The translations under genes and the position numbers were made by a program. DNA of 64,000 nucleotides, from the NCBI RefSeq assembly GCF_009914755.1, contig NC_060935.1, one strand, 5' to 3'. Shown here piece by piece: positions 23,680-37,849 of this stretch. How positions within the stretch are numbered: the first letter of the stretch is position 1; each line of letters begins with the position of its first letter. Origin of the DNA: the human T2T-CHM13v2.0 reference genome, Homo sapiens. Under the pieces are notes generated by a model, which made no database searches, was not told the DNA's origin, and saw only the letters and a program-made list of their open reading frames with translations.

Positions 23680-24882
23680 CTTGACTCTCAGTGGCAAGCA
23701 ATGTAACTGACCACTCTCTTCCTGAAACACTCCTGTATTTGACTTGGCTAATGTCTCACTCTTCTAGTTTTCCTCCCAGCTCTCTGCCGACTCCAACCTC
23801 CTTTGATACTAGTATTCTAAATGATGATTCTGGGCTCTCTGTTTTCTTTTGTCTTAGAAGAACTTTCATAAGCTTTAATTACCATCAATATCCCTTAAAT
23901 GGCTTTAAATACCATCAATATAGTCTTTCCTCTCAAGGCTTTAAATACCATCTATATGCCAACTATGCTCAAACACATTTGTAGCAAATTTCTCAGCTCC
24001 AGATATTACATGCAATAACCTACTTGACACCTCACCTTTCAAACTTAACATGTCTCAAACTAAACCTTGATCTTTCATTTTAGTTCAGTGACCCCCCTTT
24101 TTAGCACCCAGTTGTAGGATCCAAAGCTAAGAATCATCTTTAGCTCCTCTCTTCCCCTTATTGTCGTATGTGAGCCCATCTAATCCTGTCACTTCTACCT
24201 GTTGTACATCTCTTGAATCCACCTTTTTCTCTCAATCTCCACAGTCACTTACCATCACTGCTTTCCTGGTATATACAACATCCTCCCAACTAATTTCTTC
24301 ACATCTTTTTCTCCAACTCATCTCTTCTCAAAACAATAGTTTGAGTGATCAAGTTTTAAGATGCAAATCTAATCACTTTAGTTTTCTGGTTAAAACTCCT
24401 CAGTAGTTTCAGAATGCATCTAGAATAAAATCCGATATTCTTAAGGGACATAGAGGCCCAAATGACCTGCCTGGTACCTCCCATTCCTTTCCCCTGCACT
24501 GCTCTCCCTGTTCTCCTTTCACTCAGTCACGATGGTTTTGGTCAGTGTGTTAAATGTGCCAGCCTTTTTCCAGCTCAGATCCTTTCCCTGGAATGTTTCA
24601 ATCTCTCTTTTCATATGGCTTTTACCGCTTAGGAGCTAGGATAAAGTCACCTTCCAGAAAGGATTTTTCTGATCACCACAGTATAAACAAGGGCCCTTGT
24701 TCAATCCTTCACTCTTTTTCTTTGGTAATACCTACCAGAATTTTGTAGCATTTGTGTAATGTATTTGTTTCCTATTTTTCTATTCCGCTAGACTGTAGCT
24801 TCCACAAAGGCAAGAACTGTGTCTGTTTGGTTTACCACTATCCCCAGAACCTAGCATGGAGACTTATCTACTGAAGGAATGA
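23680..24882 (+). mobile_element. L2 (RT 3' part plus 3' end)
   Basis: ORF 23691 contains DHSL-ETL and GFKYHLYAN (L2 RT GFKYHLYADD). 3' end reads ctagactgtagcttcc...ggcaagaactgtgtctg. Confidence 0.85.
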
Positions 24883-24899
24883 TTATTCACTTGGAATTT

Positions 24900-25120
24900 T
24901 AGTAACGTGATTCCAGGTCGGGCTCCTCCACTTTACTAATTGTACAAATTTGGGCGACTTACCTTTCACATCCTTAGTTTGCCTGACTGTAAAATGAGGA
25001 TGACAGCATGTATTTTACATGGCTGTTGTGAGAAATTAAAGGAGAATTTCATGAGAGGAAGTTTGCACAGTGCCTGGCATGTATTAAGTGCTCAGTGATT
25101 TTAAATAATAATAGTGATTG
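24900..25120 (+). mobile_element. MIR SINE
   Basis: ctgtaaaatgagg...gttgtgagaaattaaa...gcacagtgcctggcatgtattaagtgctca. Confidence 0.8.
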
Positions 25121-25289
25121 TGAAAGCCTATAATTTGAGATCCAAGAGTGAGAGAAGTGGGATAAAAAGTCAAATAAAGAATCTTGATAATTTCAACATC
25201 AAGTGACATAAACCTCTATTTATGTTTGTAATGACAATCTTATATACTTGGTTATCCCACCATCTGTGTTCTACAAGTGGATGAATATA

Positions 25290-25873
25290 GAAGATATTGT
25301 TGTCTACTCAAAAATTCATTTCTTCTCTTTTTCTCTTACTGATAGAACATCTCCTCCCTCTTTCCCCACCCAGAGATCCATTCCCTCCTCCACAACTCAT
25401 ATGCCTCAATGGCAGTTGCCCCCACTCCCAGCTCAACTGGATTCAGACTAGTCAAACCAGTCATGGGGTGTCCCACTTCCCCCAGCAGTGATTGATTTTG
25501 TAGTGGACACATAACTTAGTTCTTGTCAAAGAGATGAGCAGGGAGCTCTGCTGGGGGTTGGTAAGGGGCTTGGGAAAATATTTTTTATTTTAAAAAACAT
25601 GAGAATAAACCATTCCTCTCCTATCTCTGGATCCTGGCCATGGCATCTGAAACTACACAAGTATCTTGTGACTAAACGAGGAATCAGCCCTAGAAAGAAG
25701 CTGTTGCAGAGCAGAGAACTGGGAGGAGGAAGGGTCTTTGATGACATCGTGGAACTGCTGTTGTACCATGCCTAAGACTCATCTCCTGCTCCTGGCTGTG
25801 GGAGGCAATTTCCTCTAATATTTAGGTCTAAGTCAGGGCATAATGTTACATGTATCCCAAAGCATCACAGTTA
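25290..25873 (+). mobile_element. MLT1J-like MaLR LTR
   Basis: tgattgattttgtagtggacacataacttagttcttgtcaaagagatg...gggtctttgatgacatcgtggaactgctg. Confidence 0.7.
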
Positions 25874-28034
25874 GGACCTGGGGAAGGGCGTTAGCTCTTT
25901 ATCAAACACTGTATGGTCTGAGGGCCACAGGACCTCTGACTGCCCTTCTAACTTTGAGATAACATAATGACATCTAGTCATTTATTAGACAAAAGTTACT
26001 CAAAGGGATGAGGAGGAGGGAGTTTGAAAACACTTGCCAGTAAACAGAATTCCACATTTCAGTTTTTGTAAGTGGTTGGGGTGATGTAAACTCACCACTC
26101 CCAGCTGCAGGACTGTGCCACAATGGCTTCAGTGAATAGGCTCTTGTTTCCACAACATTATTCTTCCACAGCCTTGCCAGATGGAAAACATCATGTGTTT
26201 TTCCTCTGGAGATAGGGGATCAATTCATTTTCCAAGTGTATCAAAAGAACATTCATTGCTCTCTTGGACCCTGTTTTAGATAATTTCTTCTATTTACCCC
26301 AGAATTCAGAGACACTAAAAGGGAAGTCGTAGGTTTCTCAGGCCCCCCTGAAAAGGAAACAGGCAAAGGTCTGATTGACCCATCAGGCCAGAGGGCACTG
26401 GTATTAGGGGAGCTCTGAAGATTTTGTGGTCCAAAAGGCATGGCACTCATCATGCAGTTTCTTGCTGTATACCTGGGTCTGTATTAGACCTGGGGAATAT
26501 TGGAGAAAAGTTAGTGGCATTGCATTTTATGTCAAGCTAGTTTCCAAAGTTAACACCTAAGGCAAAATTGCATGTGGTCAAAAGTGTTCTCAAAAGAATC
26601 CTTAAATAATTGATGTAAAACAATGCACATAGTTTGCTGTGGACAACCCTGTGTATGTATGTATATGTCTTTATAAATGTATAATGTATTTGGTAATGTG
26701 CAGTAGCATGTAATAAAGACAGCAGTGAATGAAAAATATATATCTTGGTTAGAATAAAAATTAGCAAGGCAAGGTGCCCACACTATGAAAGGCCAGAGGG
26801 AACTGAGACTACAAAGGGAACAGCAGTTTTATGTCTCCCAACTGGGGCTCAAAGGGCTATTCCTTTCTTAAATGAAGCCCATATAGTTAAGTTTATATTC
26901 AATTTCTTCATTGGAGGGTTATGGCTTAAAGTCTCTTTAGTTTCTTAAAGAATAGAAACTAAGAGAGAGACCAGAGGGCTGGGATGGATTTACATATCCA
27001 ACACCAGGAGGCTGTGTGTGTTTGTGCTAGAGATTCACATACCTGCCCAGGTGTTCCAGTGCAAGGAAGCTGGTGATTGTATCACAGAAAAATCAATAGG
27101 TGAATTGTAAAATGATTAACTGAATAATCTGCTGCCAAATCAGATCTGAAATGTACTGGAAAATACTGAAGGCTTAAGAAAAAGTCATTCCTTCAATGCC
27201 TTCTTTCTTTCCTCTTTCACTGCCCACTTCAGAGAGTTATTATAAAAATTTGATCTTTGCAAATGTTTGTTGTGAATTTCACAGTATAGTAATTTTGTAT
27301 TGTTTTAAGAGGCAGGAAGAACTGGTTCTGAGGTCATGGAATCATCTACGTAGGTGGTGAAGAGTTGTGAGGGGCTTTGCACATGGCCCCTGAAAGAGCC
27401 TGGAGATTGCCTGGGTTTCGGGTGAAGGTGGCTAAAAATCTGTTGCAGTCAGAAGCCCCAGATTTTCAGGGATCAGGGTAATGAATGCTGGAACTCTTAT
27501 AAAAGGCATTATAGGTGGAGGAGAGGAGCCTAAATTTGATGGAGAGCCCAGTATTGCTAAGGAATTTACCTTGGATGGACCCAATCAAAGTGAAGAAAGG
27601 GGCCCCACCTGCTCAATGCCTCTAATTTCTGGGCTCTAACTAATGATCAAGAAAATGTATTAAGAAGTTCTAGACTAGACTCCTTCCTCTCCTTACTCCA
27701 CTGAAATTCTGATAGGATTAGGAGACGGAAGAAACTTAGAGTCTATTGTCTTTCATGCATTTCTGACATTCAAACAGGGCAATAGATCATATGTCATTTA
27801 GCACCATTTTTCAGTTTTTGGACTTGTGTTTCTTTTCTGTCTCCAATTTGTTCAAGAAGAATTGGAGGGCAAAATTTATCGAATGGACTTCTCTGGGGCT
27901 TCCTCCAACATTTTGCCTCACCTGGCACTGTATGGGCGACTCATGAGCCTCCAGCGCAGGTTCCCACACATCTGCTCTTGCTTCCTGCTGTCTATTCACC
28001 AGCTGCCAGAGCCCTCTTTACAAAACATGTACCA

Positions 28035-28355
28035 CAGCGCTGCCCAGCAGAACCATAATGCGAGGCACATGTGTAAGTTTAAGTGTTCTAACAGTTACAT
28101 TAGTAAAAGTAAAAAGAAACATGGGAAATTCATTTTAATAATATCTTTTCTACAACCCATTAATATATCCACAATATTATTACTGCAATATGTAATCAAT
28201 ATAAAAATCAATGAGATTTTTGCATTCTGTTTTTTTATACAGTCTTTGAAATCCAGTATGTACCTACACTTACAACACACCTCAATGAGGTCTAGGCACA
28301 TTTCAAGTGTTTGATAGCCACATGTGTCCAGTGGCTACCATAATGGACAGTACAG
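28035..28355 (-). mobile_element. MER33 hAT-Charlie element, near full length
   Basis: Termini cagcgctgccca and tggacagtacag; cacatttcaagtgtttgatagccacatgtg..gtggctacc. Confidence 0.88.
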
Positions 28356-28849
28356 ATGCAACTGACGGTCCTTGCTCAAAACCCCTTGTTTTCCATTGCA
28401 GGATTTTCCTCATCTAGTGTGTATTTTTTATGCATGTAAGTTCCATGAAGCCAGGGCTTTGGGGGTATATCTCCGGCATCTAGAATAGTACTTCACGTGT
28501 ATTAGTGACACAACAAATATTTGCTGAAAGAGCTAATTATTGAATGGGTGTGCATTTTATCTAGGAATGAAAGAACGTAGAACATGGTCTAGAAAGATAT
28601 ACACCAAAATTACAACCATGATTACTTGGTGGAATGATGGGTTGGAGGGAGCGATCATAAGAAATTTCATTTGTATGTGTTATGTTTTCACTTTTCACAT
28701 ACGTTTTCATTTTTATATGTATTTCGATATTACTTGTATAATGAAAAATAAAAATATTTTAAATATAAAAAAGAAGATAGTGACTATTTATAAACAGAAA
28801 AACTGGTGGCAAAGATCAGGAAGAATTAAAATAGAAAAGAACCAGGCTA

Positions 28850-29360
28850 TGATGTTAGTTTCCGATTGCTGCTGTAACAAATTACTATAAACTTAGTGGC
28901 TTACAAAAACAAAATTTATCTTACAGTTCTGAAGATTGGAAATCTGAAATGGGTCTCAAAGGCCTAAAACCAAGATGGCAGCAGAGCCACTGTCTTTCTG
29001 GAGGCTCTAGGTGAAAATCCAATTTATCTATTTTTTTTTTTTTTTGCCTTTTCTGGCTTCTAGAGACTGCCCACATTCCTTGGCTCATAGCTTCCATCCA
29101 CCTTCAGAGCCAGCAATCACACCCTCTGACGTCTGCTTCTGTCATCATGTCTCCTTCTCTGACTCTTACCTCCCTCTTTCACATATAAGGACCCTCATGA
29201 TTGCATCCAGCCTACTTGGATAATCCAAGATCGCTGCCTCATCTTAAGACCCCTAGCTTGATTACATCTACAAAGTCTCTTTGCCCTGTAAAGTCATATA
29301 TTCACAAGTTCTGGAGATCAGGATGTGGACATCTTTGGGGGTCACTATTCTGCCTACGAT
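28850..29360 (-). mobile_element. MLT1D-like MaLR solo LTR
   Basis: ttgctgctgtaacaaattac...gaaatgggtctc...gaggctctagg...ggatgtggacatctttggggg..attctgcctac. Confidence 0.88.
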
Positions 29361-29599
29361 GGTCACCTTATCATATTCAACTGACTGGCTGCCTGTGACA
29401 CGGAGTTAAGTGTGTGCTTTGGAATCACCCTGTCTGTGAGTCACTAAGTGAAGCCCTTGCAGCTACTCCTGGTCATAGAACCCTGGCCCACTCTCCAAAT
29501 TGATTATTTTCAGAAATCAGAAGAGACTGATCTTGGAATTCCTGCAATTTTTACCTGTTATTTATCCTCTTTTTGTGAAAAGTGGTTGTTTCCTGAACT

Positions 29600-30158
29600 T
29601 GTGGTGTGACCCATCTTGAAGATGGCCCCCAGTGATTCCCATCTCCTGGAATTCATGTCCTACATAATCGTCTCCCCTTGATGGGAGGATAAATTTATCC
29701 ACTTCCTTCTAATGAGTAGAATATGGCAGAAGCAATGGATGTTATCCCCAATATTTGCTTATAAAAGACTGTGGCTTCGGTTTTGGGTGTCTTCTCTTTC
29801 TCTCTCTCTCTCGTGCTCTGACAGAGGTCAGCTTCTAAGTTGTGAGCTGCCCTATGGAGAGTCTCTTGAGCCAAGGAACTAATATTGCTGGTGAGTAGCT
29901 GGGGAGTACCCTAGGCCTGCCAACAGTCAGGTGAGTTAGCATAGAAGTAGATCACACCCGAGAGCAGCTGTGAGATGACTGCAGCCCTGGTTGACCCACT
30001 GACTGTAGCCTTGTGAGACCCTGAACCAGGGACACCCAGCCAAGCTGTGCAAATAGCTGCAGGATAATAGAGGCTGCAAGATAAGGGGAGAAAAAAATGT
30101 GTTTTTAAGCCCTTAGGTTTTGGGATAATTTGTTACACAGCAATAGATAACCAATACA
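29600..30158 (+). mobile_element. MLT1F-like MaLR solo LTR
   Basis: gatggcccccagtgattccc...gagatgactgcagccctgg...taatttgttacacagcaatagataaccaataca. Confidence 0.85.
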
Positions 30159-30160
30159 GA

Positions 30161-30776
30161 TTTCTTCCTTTCTTCCTACCTACCTTCTTTCCTTTTTCCT
30201 TTCTTTCTCTTCTTCTTTCTGTCCTTCCTTTTTCTTTCTTCCCTTCCTTCCTTCATTCCTTCCCTTCCTTCCTTTTCCTTCTCCTTCCTTCCTTCTTTCC
30301 TTCCTTCCTTCCTTCCTTTCCTTTCCTTCCTTCCCTCCCTCCCTCTTTCTTCCCTCCTTCCTTCTTCCTCCCTCCCTCCCTCCCCTCCCTCCTTCCTCCC
30401 TTCCTTCCCTTCCCCTCCCTTCCCCTCCCTTCCCCTCCCTTCCCCTCCCTTCCCCTCCCTTCCCCTCCCTTCCCCTCCCCTCCCCTCTCCTCTCCTCTCT
30501 TTCCTTCCTTCCTTCCTTCCTTCCTTCCTTCCTTCCTTCCTTCCTTTCCTTTCCTTCCTTCCCTCCCTCCCTCTTTCTTCCCTCCTTCCTTCTTCCTCCC
30601 ACCCTCCCCCCCTCCCTCCTTCCTCCCTTCCTTCCCTTCCCCTCCCTTCCCCTCCCTTCCCCTCCCTTCCCCTCCCTTCCCCTCCCTTCCCCTCCCCTCC
30701 CCTCTCCTCTCCTCTCTTTCCTTCCTTCCTTCCTTCCTTCCTTCCTTCCTTCCTTCCTTCCTTCCTTCCTTCCTTC
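30161..30776. repeat. Compound polypyrimidine repeat (CCTT, CCCT, CCCCTCCCTT) with a higher-order duplication of about 220 bp
   Basis: One purine between 30256 and 30776. The block starting at 30315 recurs at 30543. Confidence 0.97.
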
Positions 30777-30979
30777 ATCTAGCCTGATCAGATCAGAGTA
30801 GATTATCTGGCTTGAAAAAGACCAAATAATAAATATTTCAGGCTTTTCAGAACACACATAATCTCAGTCTCATACTCTTTTTTTCCCACTCCCCCTCTTC
30901 GGTCTCATATTCTTTAATATTGTTTGCCAACCCAAGGAACCCAGGTATTCTGTTTCAGAAGCAGTTTCAACAAGTCTGC

Positions 30980-31680
<701 letters not shown>

Positions 31681-33430
31681 TTGAAAAGAGCACTAGTCTG
31701 AGTTTGAGGAGTCCTACCTTCTTATTTGACTATGTCAAGACAACCTATGTGGCTTTAAGCAAGTATAAACTATTAAGGAGAAATGATAATAAATAGATGT
31801 TATAATTGACTGAGCACTAATTTCATGTCAGGTATTGTGCTAAGTAATTCAGAAGCATAACTCATTTAATCCTCACAGCAGGTACTATTACTGGCTTTCT
31901 TTTATGGATGAGGTTTATTGAGGCTGAATTTCATCATCTGCCAAATGAAAAGGTTGTGGCCAAATAATCCCAAGCCCTCTTTCCCCCTCATAAGTTCTAA
32001 GATAATGATGTCTTTCTATTTGAAAAGACTCATTTTTTTTTTGTTTACCCATAACTCAAAGAAAGAAAGTGAAGTCTCAAAGCTCCATCACACATTTGAA
32101 TCTCAATCCTACTTTCAGATAAACTACCTTTTACTTCTTTTCATTCTCATCTCAGTGTGCCGGATCTTTGGGAGGAGTCTATGGAAATGAACGATCCTGT
32201 ATTATACACCTTCCACTTGAAAATAACTTCAAACACTAATACACAAGGTATGAGGTTAAATTCTTGCATTTTAAAGGAAAATCCATGATCAATTATTTTT
32301 ATGGTACCTGAAAATGTTAAATGGTCATTATTGGTTTTCTATTAGTAACGGAATTCAGAGCTGTTGTCACTGAATGTTCTTTTCCCATAGCCTAATAGTC
32401 TTTCTATAACAACTTGTCTCAGGAAAATTGGATTATGGAAAAGCTTTATGAGACTCCATACTTACATCTCAAATCACACACTTGAGGGCTGGAAAGGACC
32501 AGAGTGATAACCTGAGGCAACCCTGTGATTCTGCAGAACACGGGAACGAAGGCTCAGAGAAGGTAAGCCATTTACGGAAGCACACACAGCTAAGTGGCAG
32601 AGTTGGAAACTTGAACACCAACTTATTTAATGCCAAAACCAATGTCTTTTCCATTTTATCACAATTCTTCACTGTGACCTTGAAAGGCAGATTCCTTCTT
32701 AAGATTTTATTTGAAGCAGTTTTTTTCTCTCTCTCCTACCATAACAAATGTGGCAAAAGACACTCATATGCACAGTACATTCTCATGGTGCACTCAGATT
32801 TTGATGAAAAACAATACTTTGCATGAAAGTAAACAAATAGTAGCATAGGGCATTTGCATTACCGTAATTGGTAATTGGCATGATTATGCAAAAGAATATA
32901 AGCAACAGATTAAGTGAGTTATAAACACTTCTCTGAGTTTGAGACATAATAATGAAAATGAGCCTGAGAATAATAGCTTTGACTAAATACTTATTTTGTG
33001 GCGGCCGTTATCGTAGGTGTTTTAAGCTAAGACCCAGATGCAGGAACGTATATATAGTGGTTTCCTGGATTCAAATCCTGTCTGGCATTTGCTAGGTGTT
33101 AAACTTGGACAAATTATTTAAACCATTGTTCTCCATTTAGGCTCAACTACAAAATAAGGATAACTATAGCACCTACTTCACAAGATTATTTTAAGGATTA
33201 AGCAAGTACAACACTCATTGAGGTTTTACCACTTGCCAGGCTCTGTTCTGAGCCCTCAGCAAGCATTAGCTCTCATTATCCCATTTAATCTTTACTGAAA
33301 TCTATCGGGAGACAGCTCTATGAATCCAGGGATGTTTGTTTTGTTCACTGTAACAGGCACAATTATGCAAAAAGTTATAAGCAGCAGTGACTGGCACATA
33401 GTAGAAGCTTAATAAATATTTATTCAATAA

Positions 33431-33755
<325 letters not shown>

Positions 33756-33861
33756 GAGTTGTGTACCCTTTTAATCTTCATTTGGCAAATGAGGAAACCG
33801 AGACTTAGTCCTTTTCCTAGGATCGCATGGCTACGACACGTGATATGATGCCATATTAAAA

Positions 33862-33975
33862 TGTGTGATGGATATGTTTATTACCTTGATTGTGGCAATG
33901 GTATTACAGGTGTATCAGTATCTCCAAACTCAGCAAATTGTATACAGTAATCACACACAGATTTTTGGTTAAAAA
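33862..33975 (+). mobile_element. L1M 3' end fragment
   Basis: gatggatatgtttattaccttgattgtggcaatggtattacaggtgta...caaattgtatac. Confidence 0.7.
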
Positions 33976-35209
33976 CAGTGTGATAAGGAATGAAATCAAA
34001 ATGCAATTATGTAAGCATGAGGCAATAGGGATGACCCTAAATTTGTCTTAATTAATTTAAATAATTTAATTATTTCCAATGTGGCTACTCTTACTATTTA
34101 AAGCATAAATTACTAGAGACATATCTGATGCCTAATTGGGATTGGAATACATCAGTGTACTGGAATAAACCTGGAGGCAATGCAGAGCTACCAAGGCATT
34201 AGGTGTGGGGTGATGCATGCAAAGGCATTCAAGGAAGATGAGTATAGCATGAAAGATTGGAGGGCCAGGGTCTGGGTGCAGGGTGGGCTGTATAGCAATG
34301 GAATATGTTGGAAAAGCACAGAAACTACCTTAGAGTTGCCCCAAACCATTAGGTAATTCTGTGAGCCCCACCTCCCACCACCGGATCTCACTCACCAGGA
34401 CACAATGAGTAGGAGGTAACCTAATCAGGGCTGGTAAGTTCCAAGTGGCCTTCAAGTACCCCCCAGCCCAGGTAAGAAAGGCTAGATGGAGGATCTGCCT
34501 GACCCCGGGGATACTGATAGGGTCCTTTTCAGGGGAAGAGAAAAATTTGATCTGGGATTTACCTGTGACTGTCAGAAGGGATGGTGTGCACTCATGAATA
34601 ATCCAGAGGGAATTCAGAACTTCAGAGTGTCTGCTGCCCTGCAGTAGGCTGGCTTAGCTGACAGTGGAGCCAGCCTGGTGGTATGACTTGCGGGGTCAAT
34701 TGACCTCAAGGCACCTTTTCCTGCTTCTCTTTCTCTGTGGTTCAGCCCCACCACAGCAAACACACTGGGAAAGACTGGAGTTGGGGTACAGGGTGGGTAA
34801 GAGGGAGTAGTTTGGGGAGAGAGAAAGAATGAAGAGGAAACCCACTGGACACAGGTATTGCTTGGCCTGAGGACAAGCTACAGGCTGGTAAGCAAGTCAG
34901 GACCAATCATATATCAGCCTCAGTCTCCACTGGGGACAGCAAAGTCAGTGTGACCTCAATGCACGCCTAGTGCTTCCACCAGTGGGAACCAAGTGCAAGT
35001 CTGGAAGAAAGGGTGTGAAGAAAGACACTCTGTGAATGAGAAGGATAAGGCTGGCACAGAGGGTAGGCATCCTTGACTATCATTGGCCACAGTGTTTACA
35101 ATTGTACAGGAGAGGCTATGACTACATCTACAGATGTACTGAGGGAATAAATGAAAAAAAGGAAAAGATTCCTGAATTGGTGGTTGTGTTGGGTGTGCTC
35201 TAGCCTACG

Positions 35210-35685
35210 GAAGGCACTATTGTGTAACAAAAAGAGCTGACCCAGAAAGACCTGGGTTCAAATCCCATCTCAGCCAGTTTCCAGTTATGTCACCTATTTG
35301 GGCCTTAATTGCATCATCTGTCAAATAAGGATGCTAATAAAATATGATAGCTGATGTTTTGGCACACTGACATATGCCAGAAACATAATATATTAGCTAG
35401 TATTATGGATAAAAGTTGTGTGCATAGATTGTCTATGTGGATTTGAGTTCCAACTCTGTGACTAAATAGTTAAGCAAACCTGGAAAAACAAACTCTTCTG
35501 AGCTCTAGTTTTCTTGTTTGTCAAATGGAGATAGTAGCAGTATCTGACTTGGATAGTAAAGGCCCAATAAATATTTGTTGAATGAATGAGGGTGGTTGAA
35601 AGGATTCCAGATGATAATGTATACAAAAAGCTAAGCCTAATGCTTGGCACATAATAATCATTCAAAAATATTAGCTATTATTATC
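35210..35685 (+). mobile_element. Two MIRs, the second carrying a short inserted L2 tail (35560-35590)
   Basis: agacctgggttcaaatccc; tttgagttccaactctg...[caataaatatttgttgaatgaatga]...gcttggcacataat. Confidence 0.7.
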
Positions 35686-37849
35686 AGATAACAGGAGTGA
35701 GTGAATGGAATAACATGTAAATTAACAGTGCATTAGCTGTTGCTTACTCAGTGTTAGATTTCCCCCACCTTCCTTCCTTTTCCAGCTCTGAGAATGACTC
35801 TTCAAAACCGTCTTATCTAGCTTTAACCTCCATCCACAGCTTAAAATTAGTCAAAATTGTAACTCAATGTAAAATCAATCTGTCCAATGAATATGAGAAA
35901 AACGGAACTGAGATTGGCACAGTGCCCTAGATGGTAGTGGATTCTTTCCCAAATCTGCACGGCTTCCTTCCTGCAGTGCCACACTGCTCATTGCACCTGG
36001 CCATCTAATATACCAGCTATTACGGGAAATCCAGCCTCATGTCCAGGGATCCCAGCCTCCTATGAGAAGATTAAGAGCAGGTACCTGGGTAAACTGCTGA
36101 ACTAATTTTGTGAAGAGATGGCTCACCCTATTCAAAGCCAGTATTTTTTTCTAGATTTTTTTTTCTATTGATTCCTATGGTTACATCCATTTGGCCAACT
36201 TATCAGAAATCCTTCTTCCTCCTTTCTGGGTACTCAGCTCCTGTCCATTCAAAGCCCCAGTGAGATCTTACATACCAATTTACTCACTGTTCAGGTGCAG
36301 CAAGCTACTCAGCAGAATACAGGAACCCTCTTAAGCCCGGGGCACAGCAGCTCAGGTTAAATCAGTAATTTGCAGTGCACAAAACACTCACATACTTGGA
36401 ACTCCATTCTCTATCTCTGGCTCCTGGAAGAGGGGCTGGCATGTCATGGGCACTCCACACACACTTGCTGAGTGAATGACTGTGTCACGTGATTCCCACT
36501 GCTGCTCTGAGACTTCGGTGGAGCAGGTGTTATTCTGGTCATCAACATCTATAACAAAAAGTGAAGGAGGCTCAGAGCCATAAATATCTCGAGTCAGGGA
36601 GCTGAAAGGCAGCAAAGCTAAGAAGCAGACCTTAATCTTAGTCTCTAAATCCATCGTCTTTCTAAAAACCCCTGCTTAACTCCATGTTTATTTTCCCAAC
36701 TGTGTTTGAAGCCCCTCAGTGGCAGTCTGTCTGAGAAGCCCCTGTGTGGAGACAGATGCTTTCTCCAAGTGGAGCTCACACTCTGATGTTCTTCATAGTG
36801 TCTTCTTGACTCAAGGTGTGGGTTTTGCTTATTTCAGGCTCCATCCCTGCCTCAGCTTCAGATACCAACCTGATCTTTAATTTGCCAATATGGAAGACTG
36901 CCGAGCTCTACTCCTGGCTTCCAGGTCCAGCACATTCTCTTACCCATGCCTGACTGTGCTAGGACTACCAATCCTTCGGTCAACTCCAGACCCAGTGCTA
37001 TAGTGTCATTTCTTCATGAAGTCTGCTATAGTCAGCCCTTTGGAATATATATATATATAGCATAGGATTTGACAGTAGTTGTCCAAAGTTGGGGTAAGAG
37101 AGGATTTCAGTTTCTACTTTATGTGTTAGTGAAATAAAAAAATTTTTTGACAAAGGTTATTACTTTTATAATTAGCAAAAACAAAGATAATTTCATAGAG
37201 ATTTTTACAAAAAGATTTTTGTCATCAGCTCAGTGAGACTTATGAAAATGCCTCAGCAGACAACTAGAATTCACAAATTGTCTTGAATTGTTTCACCCCA
37301 TTCACTTGTCCACTTCTTGCTTTGCTCACTGAGCGGTTCCTTCAAGTTACCAACTCTAGTTTTGATCTCTCAGCTTGTTTATTTTTGTTCTTCTCCCTTT
37401 GCTCATACCTCCTTGAGGTCCTAGAACTCCCTTTCTGGTCAACGGGCCAATGATCTTTGAAGGTGAACTTCATCAAATGGGGAAGATCCAGGCATTTAGG
37501 TCCCAAAGGAAAGATGGTTGGTATATAAAGCTCCCTGCTCTGACTCCATAGGAATTCATATTCTTGCCACACCCTTAGGCATTAGGTTAAATACCCAACA
37601 GTTCTCTCATCGGTTCTTGGTATTTGCCTTATTTTTCCAACTGCATTTTAAATTCCTCAAAGGCAGATATCTTAAGTAATAGTTTTCTTTATCTTACCTA
37701 GAAGGAGCTAAATATGTTTTCTATGCCCTGGACCCAGATTCTCTCCCTGGTAAAGGGCGTTTCCCAACAGTATTTTGCAAAAGACATTTCCCAGAACTCT
37801 CACTTGCTGAGAATCTCTATCACAGGTTTATATGATAAGTGATTAGGCT

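Noticed and set aside
27826-28314. 162-aa ORF
   Set aside because: Non-ATG start, runs through the non-coding MER33 element, and has no homology I recognise.
30176-30857. 200-aa and 225-aa E/G/R/K-rich ORFs
   Set aside because: Translation of the purine strand of a simple repeat that cannot contain stop codons. The same applies to ORFs at 770-1042, 16827-17050 and 57062-57356.
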